Part shown: piece after piece, positions 52,060 to 63,600 of the stretch
Layout of the letters: every line of letters starts with the position of its first letter
Position numbering within the stretch: the stretch's first letter is position 1
Assembly (NCBI GenBank): GCA_977030845.1
Contig: OZ365114.1
Span: 26,102,001-26,166,000 of the forward strand
Source: Fimbriosthenelais zetlandica
Taxonomy: Eukaryota
Length of the DNA stretch: 64,000 bases
Reading direction: 5' to 3'
The notes under the pieces: model-generated
What the model was told of the DNA's origin: nothing
What the model saw: the letters and a program-made list of their open reading frames with translations, nothing else
The model's database searches: none
Translations under genes and position numbers: made by a program

Positions 52060-55000
52060 CTCCCTCTATTTTTTCAGAAAATCTTATCTGGGACTTGGGG
52101 GATTGGAGCTAGAGTCGAAGGACATGATTTAGGCGGCCGTTAGCAAGGCGTGCTTATCACAATTTATGAGGGTCTGAAGCCAGGCCGTGTAGCCATTTCT
52201 GATTTGCCTAATGTCTGGTGGAATGCACTGGAGAAGGCTGGAGGAGAGGGACTGGGGAACCTCCCTCCTTCACTCTCCTCCTCTATTTATAGCCTGGAGA
52301 CTAGAACACATCCTTATCTCTGAAGGGAGACATTAGCGCCCTGCATTAGCTCACAAAATCCCACCTTCCAAGCTTATTTCCAACGCCAAATATGGCTGTT
52401 TTGGATGTATGTATATACAATGTATTGACAGGGATAACACTGGTGTCTGCTACAGTAATGGAATGCCATTTAAATCTTCCAGAGGATTCTTAGAATTGAC
52501 CAGCAAATTTGGTTTTCCAACTATTGAAAGACAGAGGACCTTTAATAGTCATGACTGAAAACCTTGAATATTTTACGATTTGGTCAATATTCGTGTCTAG
52601 CTTTCTGTTCTAGGCTTAGGAGTGGAAAGCCATGCATCCAATCAGCTGGAAATATTTGAACATTATCCCAAATTGGTTTCCTATTTGACTGACCAGTTTT
52701 TGGATTAATTAGTCACCTATTATCTTCTACATGCAATTTTTAAGTTTTGTAATCTTTGCATGATCCCCCTGAAAGTAACTGTAGGCATGGAGGGATTAGA
52801 TAGTGATATAGTTGAGCTAAGCCACCCTGTAGCAGGGATCAATATGACGATTACTATCACAGGTCAGCTGGTTTGTTTTTAAAGCCCGCCACATCACGGC
52901 GCTGCGATCGCAATCTCGGGCGTTCACGCGGCCCGCGAGATGAGCCACGCGCGGGGCGAGAGCGGGCGTGAGTAGTATAACGAGTGGAGGTTTGTCTCCC
53001 CACATCACCCAGGCTTATTTTTATGCTATGCATCCCCATTAGCGATCTCATACAAACATTGTTTTTGTCAATTACAAAAGTCATTTCATTAAAACGGCCT
53101 TGGGGATTTCCATGTATCCCAATCCAATATTATAGTCCTAATAGAAGGAGGACTGGAATAAGAGTTGTTAGTGGGGCATTTATTTGCTCCAATTAATCAG
53201 CTCAGGAAGGTGCATGGTGTTATTAATGCCAAGATCGTGCATCATTTGAATTGTAGAATGAAGGTATAATCCGATTATCATATTACATCGGGTTCTACCC
53301 CGATCCTTTGCATTAAAGTGTAATGCTAAATAGAACAGTGCCTGGGGCAATGTCTGAGATCCATATCACTTATGTCTCTAGCATCTAATGTATTATCCAC
53401 TAGATCCAAACCTTGTATCTATCACGTCCTGCCGTATTTCATCCATGCCCATGTGTTGGTGAGTGGTCATCGCTGACCTCTTGAGAGGTAGCCACATAAA
53501 CCTGAGATATATGGACAACATGGACCTCGGTTTCCAGTGGTAGGAGAGAGTGGAGATGGCAGGGACTGGTATGGTGTGGGTTGGTAGGATGTATTTATCC
53601 ACTCAAGTGAGAGAGACATTTGATTCACCCCAGAAACGCCCACCGTCCAGTCGTCCTGATATATAGGACTGGTCGGTGTAAGCAGGCTCCATTTTGTGGC
53701 ATGCCTGGCTCCCTCTGCCGGGTGTCCAGTAGTAGAGATCCCATTACAAGATAAAATTGCCCAGGTCACCCAAGATCCCAACTATATAGGATTGGATCTG
53801 TATCTCAATGTAGGGAGGACATGCCACCCAGGGAGGGCATGCTCCCCACTCCGAGGACTACTTATACTAGTATTTCCACAAGAGATATGTGGACGATGCA
53901 GGTTTCGTTTTCTACTATGCATGGTCTGTTGACTATGTTTCCAACATCCACTGGTGGAATCCTCTGTAATCATTAAAGGTTAAGTCAATTCAAATCATCC
54001 AAAGATGCATGAGTTGGAGCTCTGCTGAATCAGTGGGAACTGATATTCTGAAGTAAGGGATCATTTTTTCTGTAAGTGCCCCCCTTCCTCCTGGCCAACC
54101 AGAATCTAGTCATTGGTCACTTCCCTGTAATATCCAATGCAATAGACACCTATACCCCCCACTCACCCCCACCCACCACCCCACTACTCGATATCATTTC
54201 ACCTCTCCACTTTAGAGGACCGGCAGTTACATCGTCCATCCCATGATATGAAATATTTAACTGGGGAGATTTTTCACCCAGCTGCACTTGAGGAGTGTTC
54301 AGTGAGAGGGGCGAGGCCCTTCAGAACAGGGGTTCATGAGATGTGCACCATGGGAGGAGGGGAACACGTAGAGCCAGAGGGATCAATCCAGACCTCCTTT
54401 ACCCGCCTGTATATCCACTCCGCCGTCACTTTACAGTGTCCCTTTTTGGAAGCTCTGATTTAATCTGCTTCTATGTTCTATATACAGTTCTCTTTCTAAA
54501 ACACAGCAGTGCTATTGCATACTTTACAGGGCTATAGAAGAAGGAGGGGCTGAGGACGAAGGGAAGAGTGTACCAAGCTATTGTCGATCAATACTTTCTC
54601 GCCTTAGAGACAATTGAAGAAAGTGAGAACTGAGTAAATATCATAGGGTAGTGGGGATATTACTTCCACATGGGTGGAACCTATTGACACGGGCCCACTC
54701 GTCACCCTTATCTCTCTATATCGCCCCACTATTGGCAATGGTGAAAGGCACAAGATAAGCAATAAAATGAAGGGGACTGGGACTCTGGACCTTTCGCGGC
54801 AGTCCCAGTAGTGCTTCTCTCAAGCTCTGGGAGGTGGCAAATATATGGCTTTGGATTTATAGTATGCTTATGATGCATAATCTAAAGGGACCGCAAATAC
54901 TTTGGTGTATGGTGCCACGAAATACTTCCTGTCCTATTCCGGTCTGTTTGTTGATTGTAATATAGCCAAGGCCTTCTTCTAAGACATCTTAAAGAAGGTT

Positions 55001-56030
55001 TAATATTACTCTGAATGAAATATATTGGCTCCTGCCTTTGTGGAGCCATGACTCTGTAATAAGCTGTGGATTAAAATCTGGTTTAGATATAAATATATAA
55101 AATAAATATTTTAGACATTTCTGAATGTTTCTGTAGAGGGGATTCCCCGTACGTGTATGGGGCTATGGTTGATGGCATGATGCAGGTCTTTATTAGGCCT
55201 GCCCCAGGGACAAATCAAGACTCTTCCATAATCGGATCAGGCCATTAACAAAAGAGGGGGTGGGGGTGCTGGAATTATTCTTAAATCACATTCCGGAGTT
55301 TTCTTCTTTGGGAATTTCTCGAGGCAAGACCAGAACCCAGGAAAGGTCATCAACAACGCAGGGCACATCCCCCTTGCAAATGTTTCCCCTCCTCAAATCA
55401 GAACCAGAACGAGGGATTTGTTTGGAAACTGACTGCCTCCAAATCCCCCCTTACGTACCTCTTCTCCGTCTGAAGAAAGCTTTGTGAATGGCTACTTTCA
55501 GTGGAGGAACTAAGGGATTAGATCCCATTGCACATTGATGTGTCCTTAAATGTCCCAACACGAGCATTGAGGTTGGGGCATTATATGTCTACACAATCAT
55601 TCCACTAGAACAAGCACCAATGTTGGGCCCCCTATTGGCCGGGCTAGGATCTTTTCAGGTCTACTCATCTCCCTCTGCTGGCTCAGCCTTCTTTTCAGCC
55701 TCCTTCTCTGCCTCATCCTATATAACATAGGCTGGGGAGCAGATGGTAGCTGATAGAATTGAGAAGATACCATAGAGGATACAAAGATTGTATCCCTCCT
55801 ATACTCTCCTACTTGCTTTCTCCATGGTTTCACCGGCCAGGAGGATTTGCTGGTTTGCCCTCCAGGATTTTCTGTTGGGGACCTTCTGAGGAGAGAGAGC
55901 CGAACCGGAAATCATTCAAGCCAAGCGTCTCAAAAGTTATTTCTCGTTGGATAGAGTGCATAGCTAGATATGCTATACCCTTTATTGCTCTTTCCAATTT
56001 AAGCCTTGTTTATCACTGCAACTTAAACAG
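52060..56030 (+). mobile_element. Decayed DIRS-type tyrosine-recombinase retrotransposon (RT, RNase H, MT-like, YR)
   Basis: About 19 colinear motif-like words. RT: PLFFQKILSGTW 52063, LKPG..SDL 52174-52206, SALH*LTK 52335, CIDRD 52421, FGF 52508, LEY 52563. RNase H: IT...SL...WG 53071-53106, EGAW 53206, HHLNC 53240, SHINLRYMDN 53490, DI*DW..LPGV 53658-53726. MT-like: E..L..KI.Q..LDLY 53735-53803, FP....GRC 53873, WPTRI* 54092. YR: VLELFL..LGIS..RSS 55266, FVNGYFQWR 55481, IELRRYHRGYKDC 55753, KPSVSKVISRWIECI 55918, H 56014. Confidence 0.65.
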
Positions 56031-56597
56031 TAATACTTAGATCATAGTCTTGAATCATGTTTTAGTGGAGAATTAAAAGCAATAAACATGCAATAAAATA
56101 AAATAATAATAAATGTTATAACATTGAGTCCTCTGTCAGGAGATATCTTCAACATAAATGATCCTCATGATGAGGGAATTTACAAGTCCTTTAATCCACT
56201 TCTGTATGTAAACTGTTTATCAGAAAGCAATAAACATGGAATAGCGAGGTAGAAATGTAGTCAATGGTTAGTTTACAGCATCTTGTGAGTGTGATCCAAG
56301 TGAATATAGTGTTAATGGTAGATCTCAATAGATTATAATGAATCTCTCAAGCCAATTAGGCCTCCGTGCCATCATGCAATCCCCCGCCAGGCCACCCCAG
56401 CAGGCTTGGAGCAGTCTCAGTGCCTGGCGAGAAGAGATCCTCTATTTGCTGGTTAGATTGGTGAAGATTTAAAATCAATGCCATCAATTTGGGCAATAAG
56501 CGTGTCGTGCTACTCAAGTAGATCCATTCTCACTCGGGTCCAGGATCTGTATTGACTACGGCATTCCATAGTCAGGTTAGAGCGTAGATTGAAAAGG

Positions 56598-57429
56598 TTA
56601 AAGGTGCACTGTATAAAGTGTTTCCCTCATAAGAAGGGATTTGATACGGAAATCTAAGAAAGAATGAATAAATGCTATGCATTTGTCAATCAATTATAAC
56701 ATCGAGTGTTTTATATAACAGTAGGAGTCATTGATTTGTTTGTCATTTTGAAAAGAGTAAACTGAATGTGATTATGAAGTGGATGTCAGATAAAGTAGCC
56801 GCTTTCAGTTTATTTACTTCTTTAGTATTTTGAGTACTTTCCTCGCGTGAACAGGTTTATACTGCTCAATACCTTTGTCACGCTATTGGTGTTTATCGGC
56901 ATCTGTGAACTTATAAACCCTCAAAAACGTGAGAAGAGTCATTTGGTTGTCCATTACATTTTCTTTCTCGTGTCACTCTTCTGTTTGAAAATCAATATGG
57001 TTGACATCCACGCTCGCCCTGTCTTTCTTTGCATTACAGTTTCTTTCCTTGCACACAACTTCATAAAGTTTTTCTTCTTTGATTTTTTGCAGCATCTCGG
57101 GGGCTTACGTGCACAGAATTCAAATACTCAAATAACCTTCGCCAGATGTTTTGAAGATCCCGCCTGCACAGCTGTAAGTATAACCATTTTCTTGTCTGTT
57201 TAACTCAAGCTGTCGATATTACAGGCGACAACTTGATTGTAGACTTCCTTCATTGAAGTGTGTATTGGTATGCACTCAGGCCACATGCCACACAATGGAC
57301 GGGTTTAGAGAATACCCCCAACGAAACTTGATACACCAAATATATCACAACAGGTAGTTAAAGAATGCAACCCATCCATCTTAAGATTTGTCCAAAGTTC
57401 CCCGCGATTGTGATTTTTTGCACCTTTAA
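56598..57429. mobile_element. Possible TTAA-flanked non-autonomous DNA element (Kolobok/piggyBac-like ends)
   Basis: TTAA|AGGTGCA (56598-56608) and TGCACCT|TTAA (57419-57429) are a perfect 11-bp inverted pair enclosing 824 bp. Only 7 bp of TIR and no internal ORF support it. Confidence 0.3.
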
Positions 57430-57699
57430 TACGTTTTTCCACACAACTTAGTTTGTAAAATCCAGTACTTGGTGTTTGTCTCCCCTGTTTTCCCACCATT
57501 TGTGCCCTTGGTATGAATTAAACATGGTCAGATATAAGTGCCCGGGGCCTTAAAGGCACGCACATGCTTACAAACTGGTCGGGGATGCCCGTGACAGGAA
57601 AACCTTGCATGCAAGCCCATTATCCCGCCAGTTACTGCCTTGCCAACCACACAATAGGACAAGCAGGTATGTTAAATGTACCAGAGATCAGTTCAAATT

Positions 57700-58480
57700 A
57701 TAGCCGCAGATATCCGAGGCTTTTTACACGTTTTGACAAGGCAATTGGCGCCCCACTTGACCCCTGCTTCTGGCTTGTCGCGCGGAGGAGCATCAAGGCA
57801 TATTATGTGAACAGGCTGGCACTATTTTCTTTACTAATCTACCATAAAGCGGTACACATGCTAGCGTAATTATTCCCCATAGCCTTTTCACATCCAAGCA
57901 CCTTGCCGGACTGGGCTTTTCCACCCTTGGATAACTCGCTTTTTGAAGTAGTCCAACAGACTGCATGTGTGAATTGACCTTTGACCTTTTTTTCGTAGCT
58001 TACGCTATATGAAACACACGAAAAAGTAGTCCATAGAGAGAGAGCTTGCAGGGAATGCCTGGTTTCCATGGTGACTGATCTTGGTATACATGATCAAACT
58101 TCTACCTTACCCGTGGTGACCGGATGCTAATTGGTCTTTGAAGGTTTGGCTTGGTTATTCATATCTGCCAGAGTCATACCTCCCACCATTCAAAAAAGAT
58201 CTATGGGGCTGCCCCAACCCATCCTACTCCCATTTACTCATCTACACAAGCTGTAAAACTTCCCTCATTTCTGTCGATAGATTGTACCCAGCCTATAATT
58301 TAAGAACAGCTTTTTGTTATCGATCAAAAAGGAACATTTCCATTAACACTTAACGGAACTAAGCAATGTTCCCCTATTATCGCCCTATAGGCCGCATCCA
58401 CTGTGTGTGAAGTCCTCTTAATCCATGTGTAAAATATCGGTGTCGTGCAGGCTGAGGGGGGAAGGGCTTAAGGTTGTTTC
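57700..58480 (+). mobile_element. Second decayed Ty3/Gypsy RT
   Basis: YPRLFT 57711, PLDP..ARR, PDWAFP 57906, CVN 57966, ISA..P..QKRSM 58161-58205, ISVDRL 58267, NLRTAFCYRSKRNISIN 58297-58347 (in register with NLRAVLQRCREKNITLN) and GEGLK 58458. Confidence 0.55.
57975..57987 (-). promoter_or_regulatory. Perfect nuclear-receptor DR1
   Basis: TGACCTTTGACCT. Confidence 0.3.
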
Positions 58481-59399
58481 AGCTGGCCTCAGCGCGTGTT
58501 CTTGTTTTGATCTTCACGCTTGCATGGCTTCCGGATTTGATATAGGCAGGCGATCAGTGGGATTAAATTTCCCTGGCTCCTCTAGAGGTGAACCGACTGT
58601 AAAATTAATGATCGCTACCATTCTATGATAACATCTGCCATTTTGATTGCTTTTCTGATAAAATATATCAGTTTATTCAACTTTCATACAAGATTTCCTA
58701 TCGCGTGGTGGCTTAGATTGTAAATACAGATACAAAGACAAGTCACCAATTGATTTTGATATTAATCTGAAAAGGAAATGATTGTTATTCTATCCGTTGA
58801 AACTGAATACTACAAATCTTCTTTCGGAATAACAGATTTTCAATGAAATCCTGTTTTATTTCATTTAATGTCATTGTGAGTTGTTGTAAGGCGTTGTACA
58901 TGAATGTAAAGAGGTTGGGATGACAGGTACCAATCTTCCTGACACTCTCTGTCCCTCGGCTGCTGGTCGCAGATTTTTCATTTCGCACCAGCACAGCAGG
59001 GGACTTAGATCAAACTTTAATGTTTTATAATTTCACTGAAAAGATCACCGCTGGTGTCTTTCAAAATCCCTAGTTATGAATAGAAAAATAAAGAAATCTG
59101 ATGTTACAGATACGCTTTTTTTAAATTTCGATTAAAAATAATTATTGTTTGGACCGCACCACGCATGCTGGCCCTGTGTTCCAGTGACACAGAATGGGCG
59201 AATACTGAGATAAGATGTAGGGACAATGGTTAACGAGTATCCAGCCTGTCTCGTTCCATAACGTGGTTGAAATATTATGACAGAAGAGGTCTAAACACAT
59301 GATTTCCATGGCAACTTATCAGAAGATCTATCAGAAAGAGTATAGAAGGCATTGCACATAAAAAAGCCTTATCAGTCCTCTATACAAGTCGGCTGTAGA

Positions 59400-60600
59400 T
59401 AACAGGATGAACTGATTGTGGTGGAGATGGATGAACATGTGTTATCACACCCGAAACATACTGAACCTCCCCATTATCGCCAACATCTCATTATGGATGT
59501 AGCAAAATTAACAATCTATCGAATCCACAATGAATGCCCATTTAGGCAATGTAAATTTATTTTGCCATGAAACTATCGCAGAGAATTATGTCCCATGCCA
59601 TGGGATTTGGAATTAATCAAAATAAATGGTAAACCATAAACTTTTACAGTCGATCAGTTATACTCTTTGGACCGTTTGTTTTTTTTGTATGAAAATGAGA
59701 TGGTGAATTTTTGTATTATGGCCCATATCTATTATATAGATTGTCTCATCCATTTATTTGTTCAGATTTCCCAGAAGTCGATAGATCGTTTTCCTCCATA
59801 ACAAAATAAGCCCTCCGGATGGTATATATTGTGATCCATTTCATTTCTCATTTGGAGGTCGTCCATATATCATAAGGTCATCAGAGTAGGAACCATTAGT
59901 GATGTGGCTGGTTTTTTCCTATGTTCATATCACTTTGATATCAACCATGAAGCCAGAATCGCAGTGAGAGATAAGAAGCACACCCAGGCCGGCTGGGGAG
60001 AGGCTATAGTGTGGAGGCTATCATCGGAAAGCAAGCTCATTACTCAGCCTGAACCCCAGACAGGTAGAGAGCTGTGGGGGAGATAATACGTCATGGGCTC
60101 AGGGAATGAAGATCAGTGGCAGAGATTGTCAAGCATCCAAAGCTGGTCTTCCTATTGGTGCTCCTGCCTGACTAGGAAAGTGACTTATCCTGATTCCTGT
60201 TGTTGGATTTCAAAACAATTGAGAAAGGGATCTAGGTGAAGTTGCCAGCTAAACCCCTGCTAGCCTACAAACTACTAAAGATGCATTTGGCTGTGATACC
60301 ACTGTGAGCTTATATATATAGTAAAATGTTATAATGACCATCTCAAAGTCCTACAGATTTCCCTGGACTTTCTTGAGATCGAAACTTTGGCAATTGCTCT
60401 AGTCCTAAAGGGCTCCTATAAAGGGAAAGCTTTCCTCATCCACTGTTGGTCGGAGCTTTTGCAAACATTCCTTGACAACAATTTGAAAATATTCTACTTA
60501 AATGCCTTAAAAAGGCATAAATAGGAGCACATTTTCGCACTTCCGTTCCTTCATTCGCCACATGCGGCCAATAATAACTTGTAGGGACAAATTCTCACCT
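59400..60600 (+). mobile_element. Second decayed DIRS-type element (RT plus RNase H)
   Basis: RQHLIMDVAKL 59478, ILFGPFVF 59660, IYYIDCLI 59727-59750 (cf. YIDDWLI with one codon lost), FLCSYHFD about 59915, TTKDA 60271, DFLEIETLAIALVLKGSYKGKAFLIHC 60366-60446, LDN 60471 and HSP..ANN 60552. Confidence 0.55.
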
Positions 60601-63600
60601 GCCGGTAGCCTCTACGGGAGAAAACCCGCACTTGTTATCATATACTTTGGAACAACACCCAAAGCACTGCAAAAACATGTCTGACGAGTCTGCGTCTGGC
60701 TTTCCCTGTTGGAGATATGGATTTAGAGAGTAAGCAATGGAAATGGCAGGTCACTCCGACCCACCAGCCTCCCAGTAAGACGAGGAGAGGGTCAAAGGGT
60801 GCAATATAGGATCCAAGAATGTGACAACCTTGGGCTGGAAAAAGCAGCAGTCAGATCAAGTGAACCTTTGGGTAAAAAGAGATGACATTGCATATTTATA
60901 TACGTGGTCGGGAGAAGCAAGGTTAAAGACTGATACTTTGATGGCCATTTATTGTATCTAATGTAAACAAACGGCAGAAAAACACTCTTAGCTCACCATC
61001 TGAACAAATAATAATATGTCATGTATAATATTTCATTGTGATATAATAGGTTCTCTTAAGAGCTCTGACGTTATCACTAGACATTAGAAGGTGTACCATA
61101 GAAGAGTCTGGTGGTGAATTGAACCTCTGGAAAGGGGAGTAAAAAATACGATCCCTTGCTCCTAATGGATGTTGGCTGTGCGGGGGACACTACCATGGAT
61201 CAGAATGTACTTGTACTGGGTTTCAGTCCTCTTCCTTAGTGAAAGAAGACAATTGACCAGCCAGTAGTTAATGGACGTCTGCCTTAAGTGACCTAGTACC
61301 TGAGTGTCTATAGAGGCAGTCTGTGGCTGGATCAGGCCTCAGACTGCATGGCCAGTGGATGAATCACACCATCTGACCATCAATGCAGACTTATTGATAA
61401 TTCATGCCTTGTAACATGATTCAGTGGAGCAGCGATCAATTCTGCATTATCTTAAGGTGCTCTGGCCTCCGCCTTAAGCCTTCAACTGTTGGGAACATGT
61501 GAACCTCCTCGCATTTCTTCAAATGAAATTTTCAGTTTGCAAATGGTGGAATTTTTTCACAACAAATAGTTATTGAAAATCTGTTATGTAGGGAGGACAC
61601 TGGTATTTCTTATGTTAAGTCTTTATCAAAAATGAAGTCATTATGTGTGTGAGAGTTAGGTGTGATTGAGGGCTGTCTGCCTCTATAAGCATTTCACGGC
61701 CTGCACATCCCAATTTTCTGCCGCTGCTGACTCTTTTCAATTATATTCGCTTTGATTTTTCTCCTGCCATTACTGCCTCCAGACACTCTTCGACCTGACT
61801 TCCAAACCTCCTTTCTCCCAGGCTTCCATCCGCTGGCACTGGAGCGCTTTCCCTTTGTAGTTCCACCAAGAACAAATTGAAGTCACCTTTCCCGGGCGCG
61901 AAAAATACTTCTTCCTTGTAAATACAAGGAGATGCTGTTTGTTCTTGGGCTGGCAAAAGTATGGACATATGTTGTTTCTTGAGAGCTTTGGGGTGTATGG
62001 AAGGGCGCCAAGGTGGACTCAGGGGATGTTAGGCTACTATGTGGGTTGTTTTCCTTCCTTGTGTTCCATTCCGGGGGGTTGTCTTGTCACTGCATCAAGA
62101 AGATGCCATTGGGAATGCCAGAGGTCTTCCCCTCGTTGCCCCCCTGCAGACCCTAAACCGACAGAAACATGACCTCAGCCACCAGAGTGCATACTGTCCT
62201 TCCATAACCAACAAAGCCCTGACAATCACAATCAAGTCCACCTTCTCATCCTCTATTCTTTTTTTACCTTGAAATCTTTTCCCAACTCAAAATTATCCCT
62301 CAGAAAACTATAGAGGTTTTCCAGGAGGAGAAGTGATATATTGCTGTCATGAAAGCATTGGAATGCAATGCTCCGTTGTAATTTGACTTCAATTTTCTTG
62401 TTTGATTTCCCCGCAGACATTCAATCAGCAGGAGGAAATTGGACTTCATTGTACACTTCCGCCTCCTCATATGTACACACATTCCTCATAATACATGTGT
62501 GTTGACAAACCCCCAAACCCGGACAACTCTACCCACGCGGGTGTACCCTAAAACGCTGTTAATATTCCTACCCATTGATCACTACCTGTCTTCTGTGGCA
62601 TTTCTGTTGCCAGCCAAAAGAAAATTAATCTTGTTTTCAGTTCAGCTATGCAAAAGAATGACTAGGGATATAACTATATTTATTTAATATTTATCATATA
62701 TATTTCTCAATATCAGAAATTATTTCAGGTTTGTGATTTTCCACTGTATTACTCGGCCAATCCGTTTCATTCCATTGCATGAATCCTCGCTCCCTAAATC
62801 TACTTAACAGGCAAGCATAGTTCATATATACAGCATTCTACCCTGCAACATAGGCTCCTCTCCAAAAGCCTGGAGCCTGAATGTTATTGAGTTGACATTT
62901 GCGGTAATAGAATGACATGTGTTCCCTTTCCAGTGCGTCCGAATCAATTAGCCTCTGTCCCCCTCCTGTCCCCCCTCCTACTTCCCTCATACAGCTTATA
63001 TGGCTAACCTCCCACCATAACCTGGCCTTAGCCCCCCAACCTTCACTACCATGTCAACCAAAAACATACCTAAGCATTTATCGATCCATTGCCTGTATAT
63101 AGTGCCACTTAATACAAGGGGCCTATATAGGAAAAGGGCATTTGGGTGAAACTGGAGAAGTTTATCAGTTGTGTCAGTTTGTGTGATAGGCTAGTTTGTC
63201 TGTCGCCACCTATTGGTGAAGATTAGGGATATTGGTTGGCCGTGTTGGGAGGGGTATATATTTGCCATGGTCACGCTGCCTTGTCACGATTTTTCACTGT
63301 AGGAGTGGAAAAGCACTTCAGGACACGAGCTTCAGCATGTGGCTTGGGTGGCTATAAGTGGCTTCACTAAGTGGCCTGAGAACTGATGATTGCAACTGAA
63401 ATACATCCTAGTGGTTATAAACTTTCCATTCCAGTTCTCAACCTCCTAACATATGCCAAACAGTTCGCATCTGCTCATGATACTTCAAATTTAAATCAAT
63501 TAATAGATTTAACATTTGGTAGATTTATTCACTTACACTGTTACAGACAATATTGGTATAAAACGCGCGGTTAATACTAATTATAAGGACACAACTCTGC

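Noticed and set aside
56078-56115. AATAAA-rich tail resembling a LINE 3' end or poly(A) signal
   Set aside because: No upstream LINE ORF2 end; the upstream sequence is better explained as DIRS YR.
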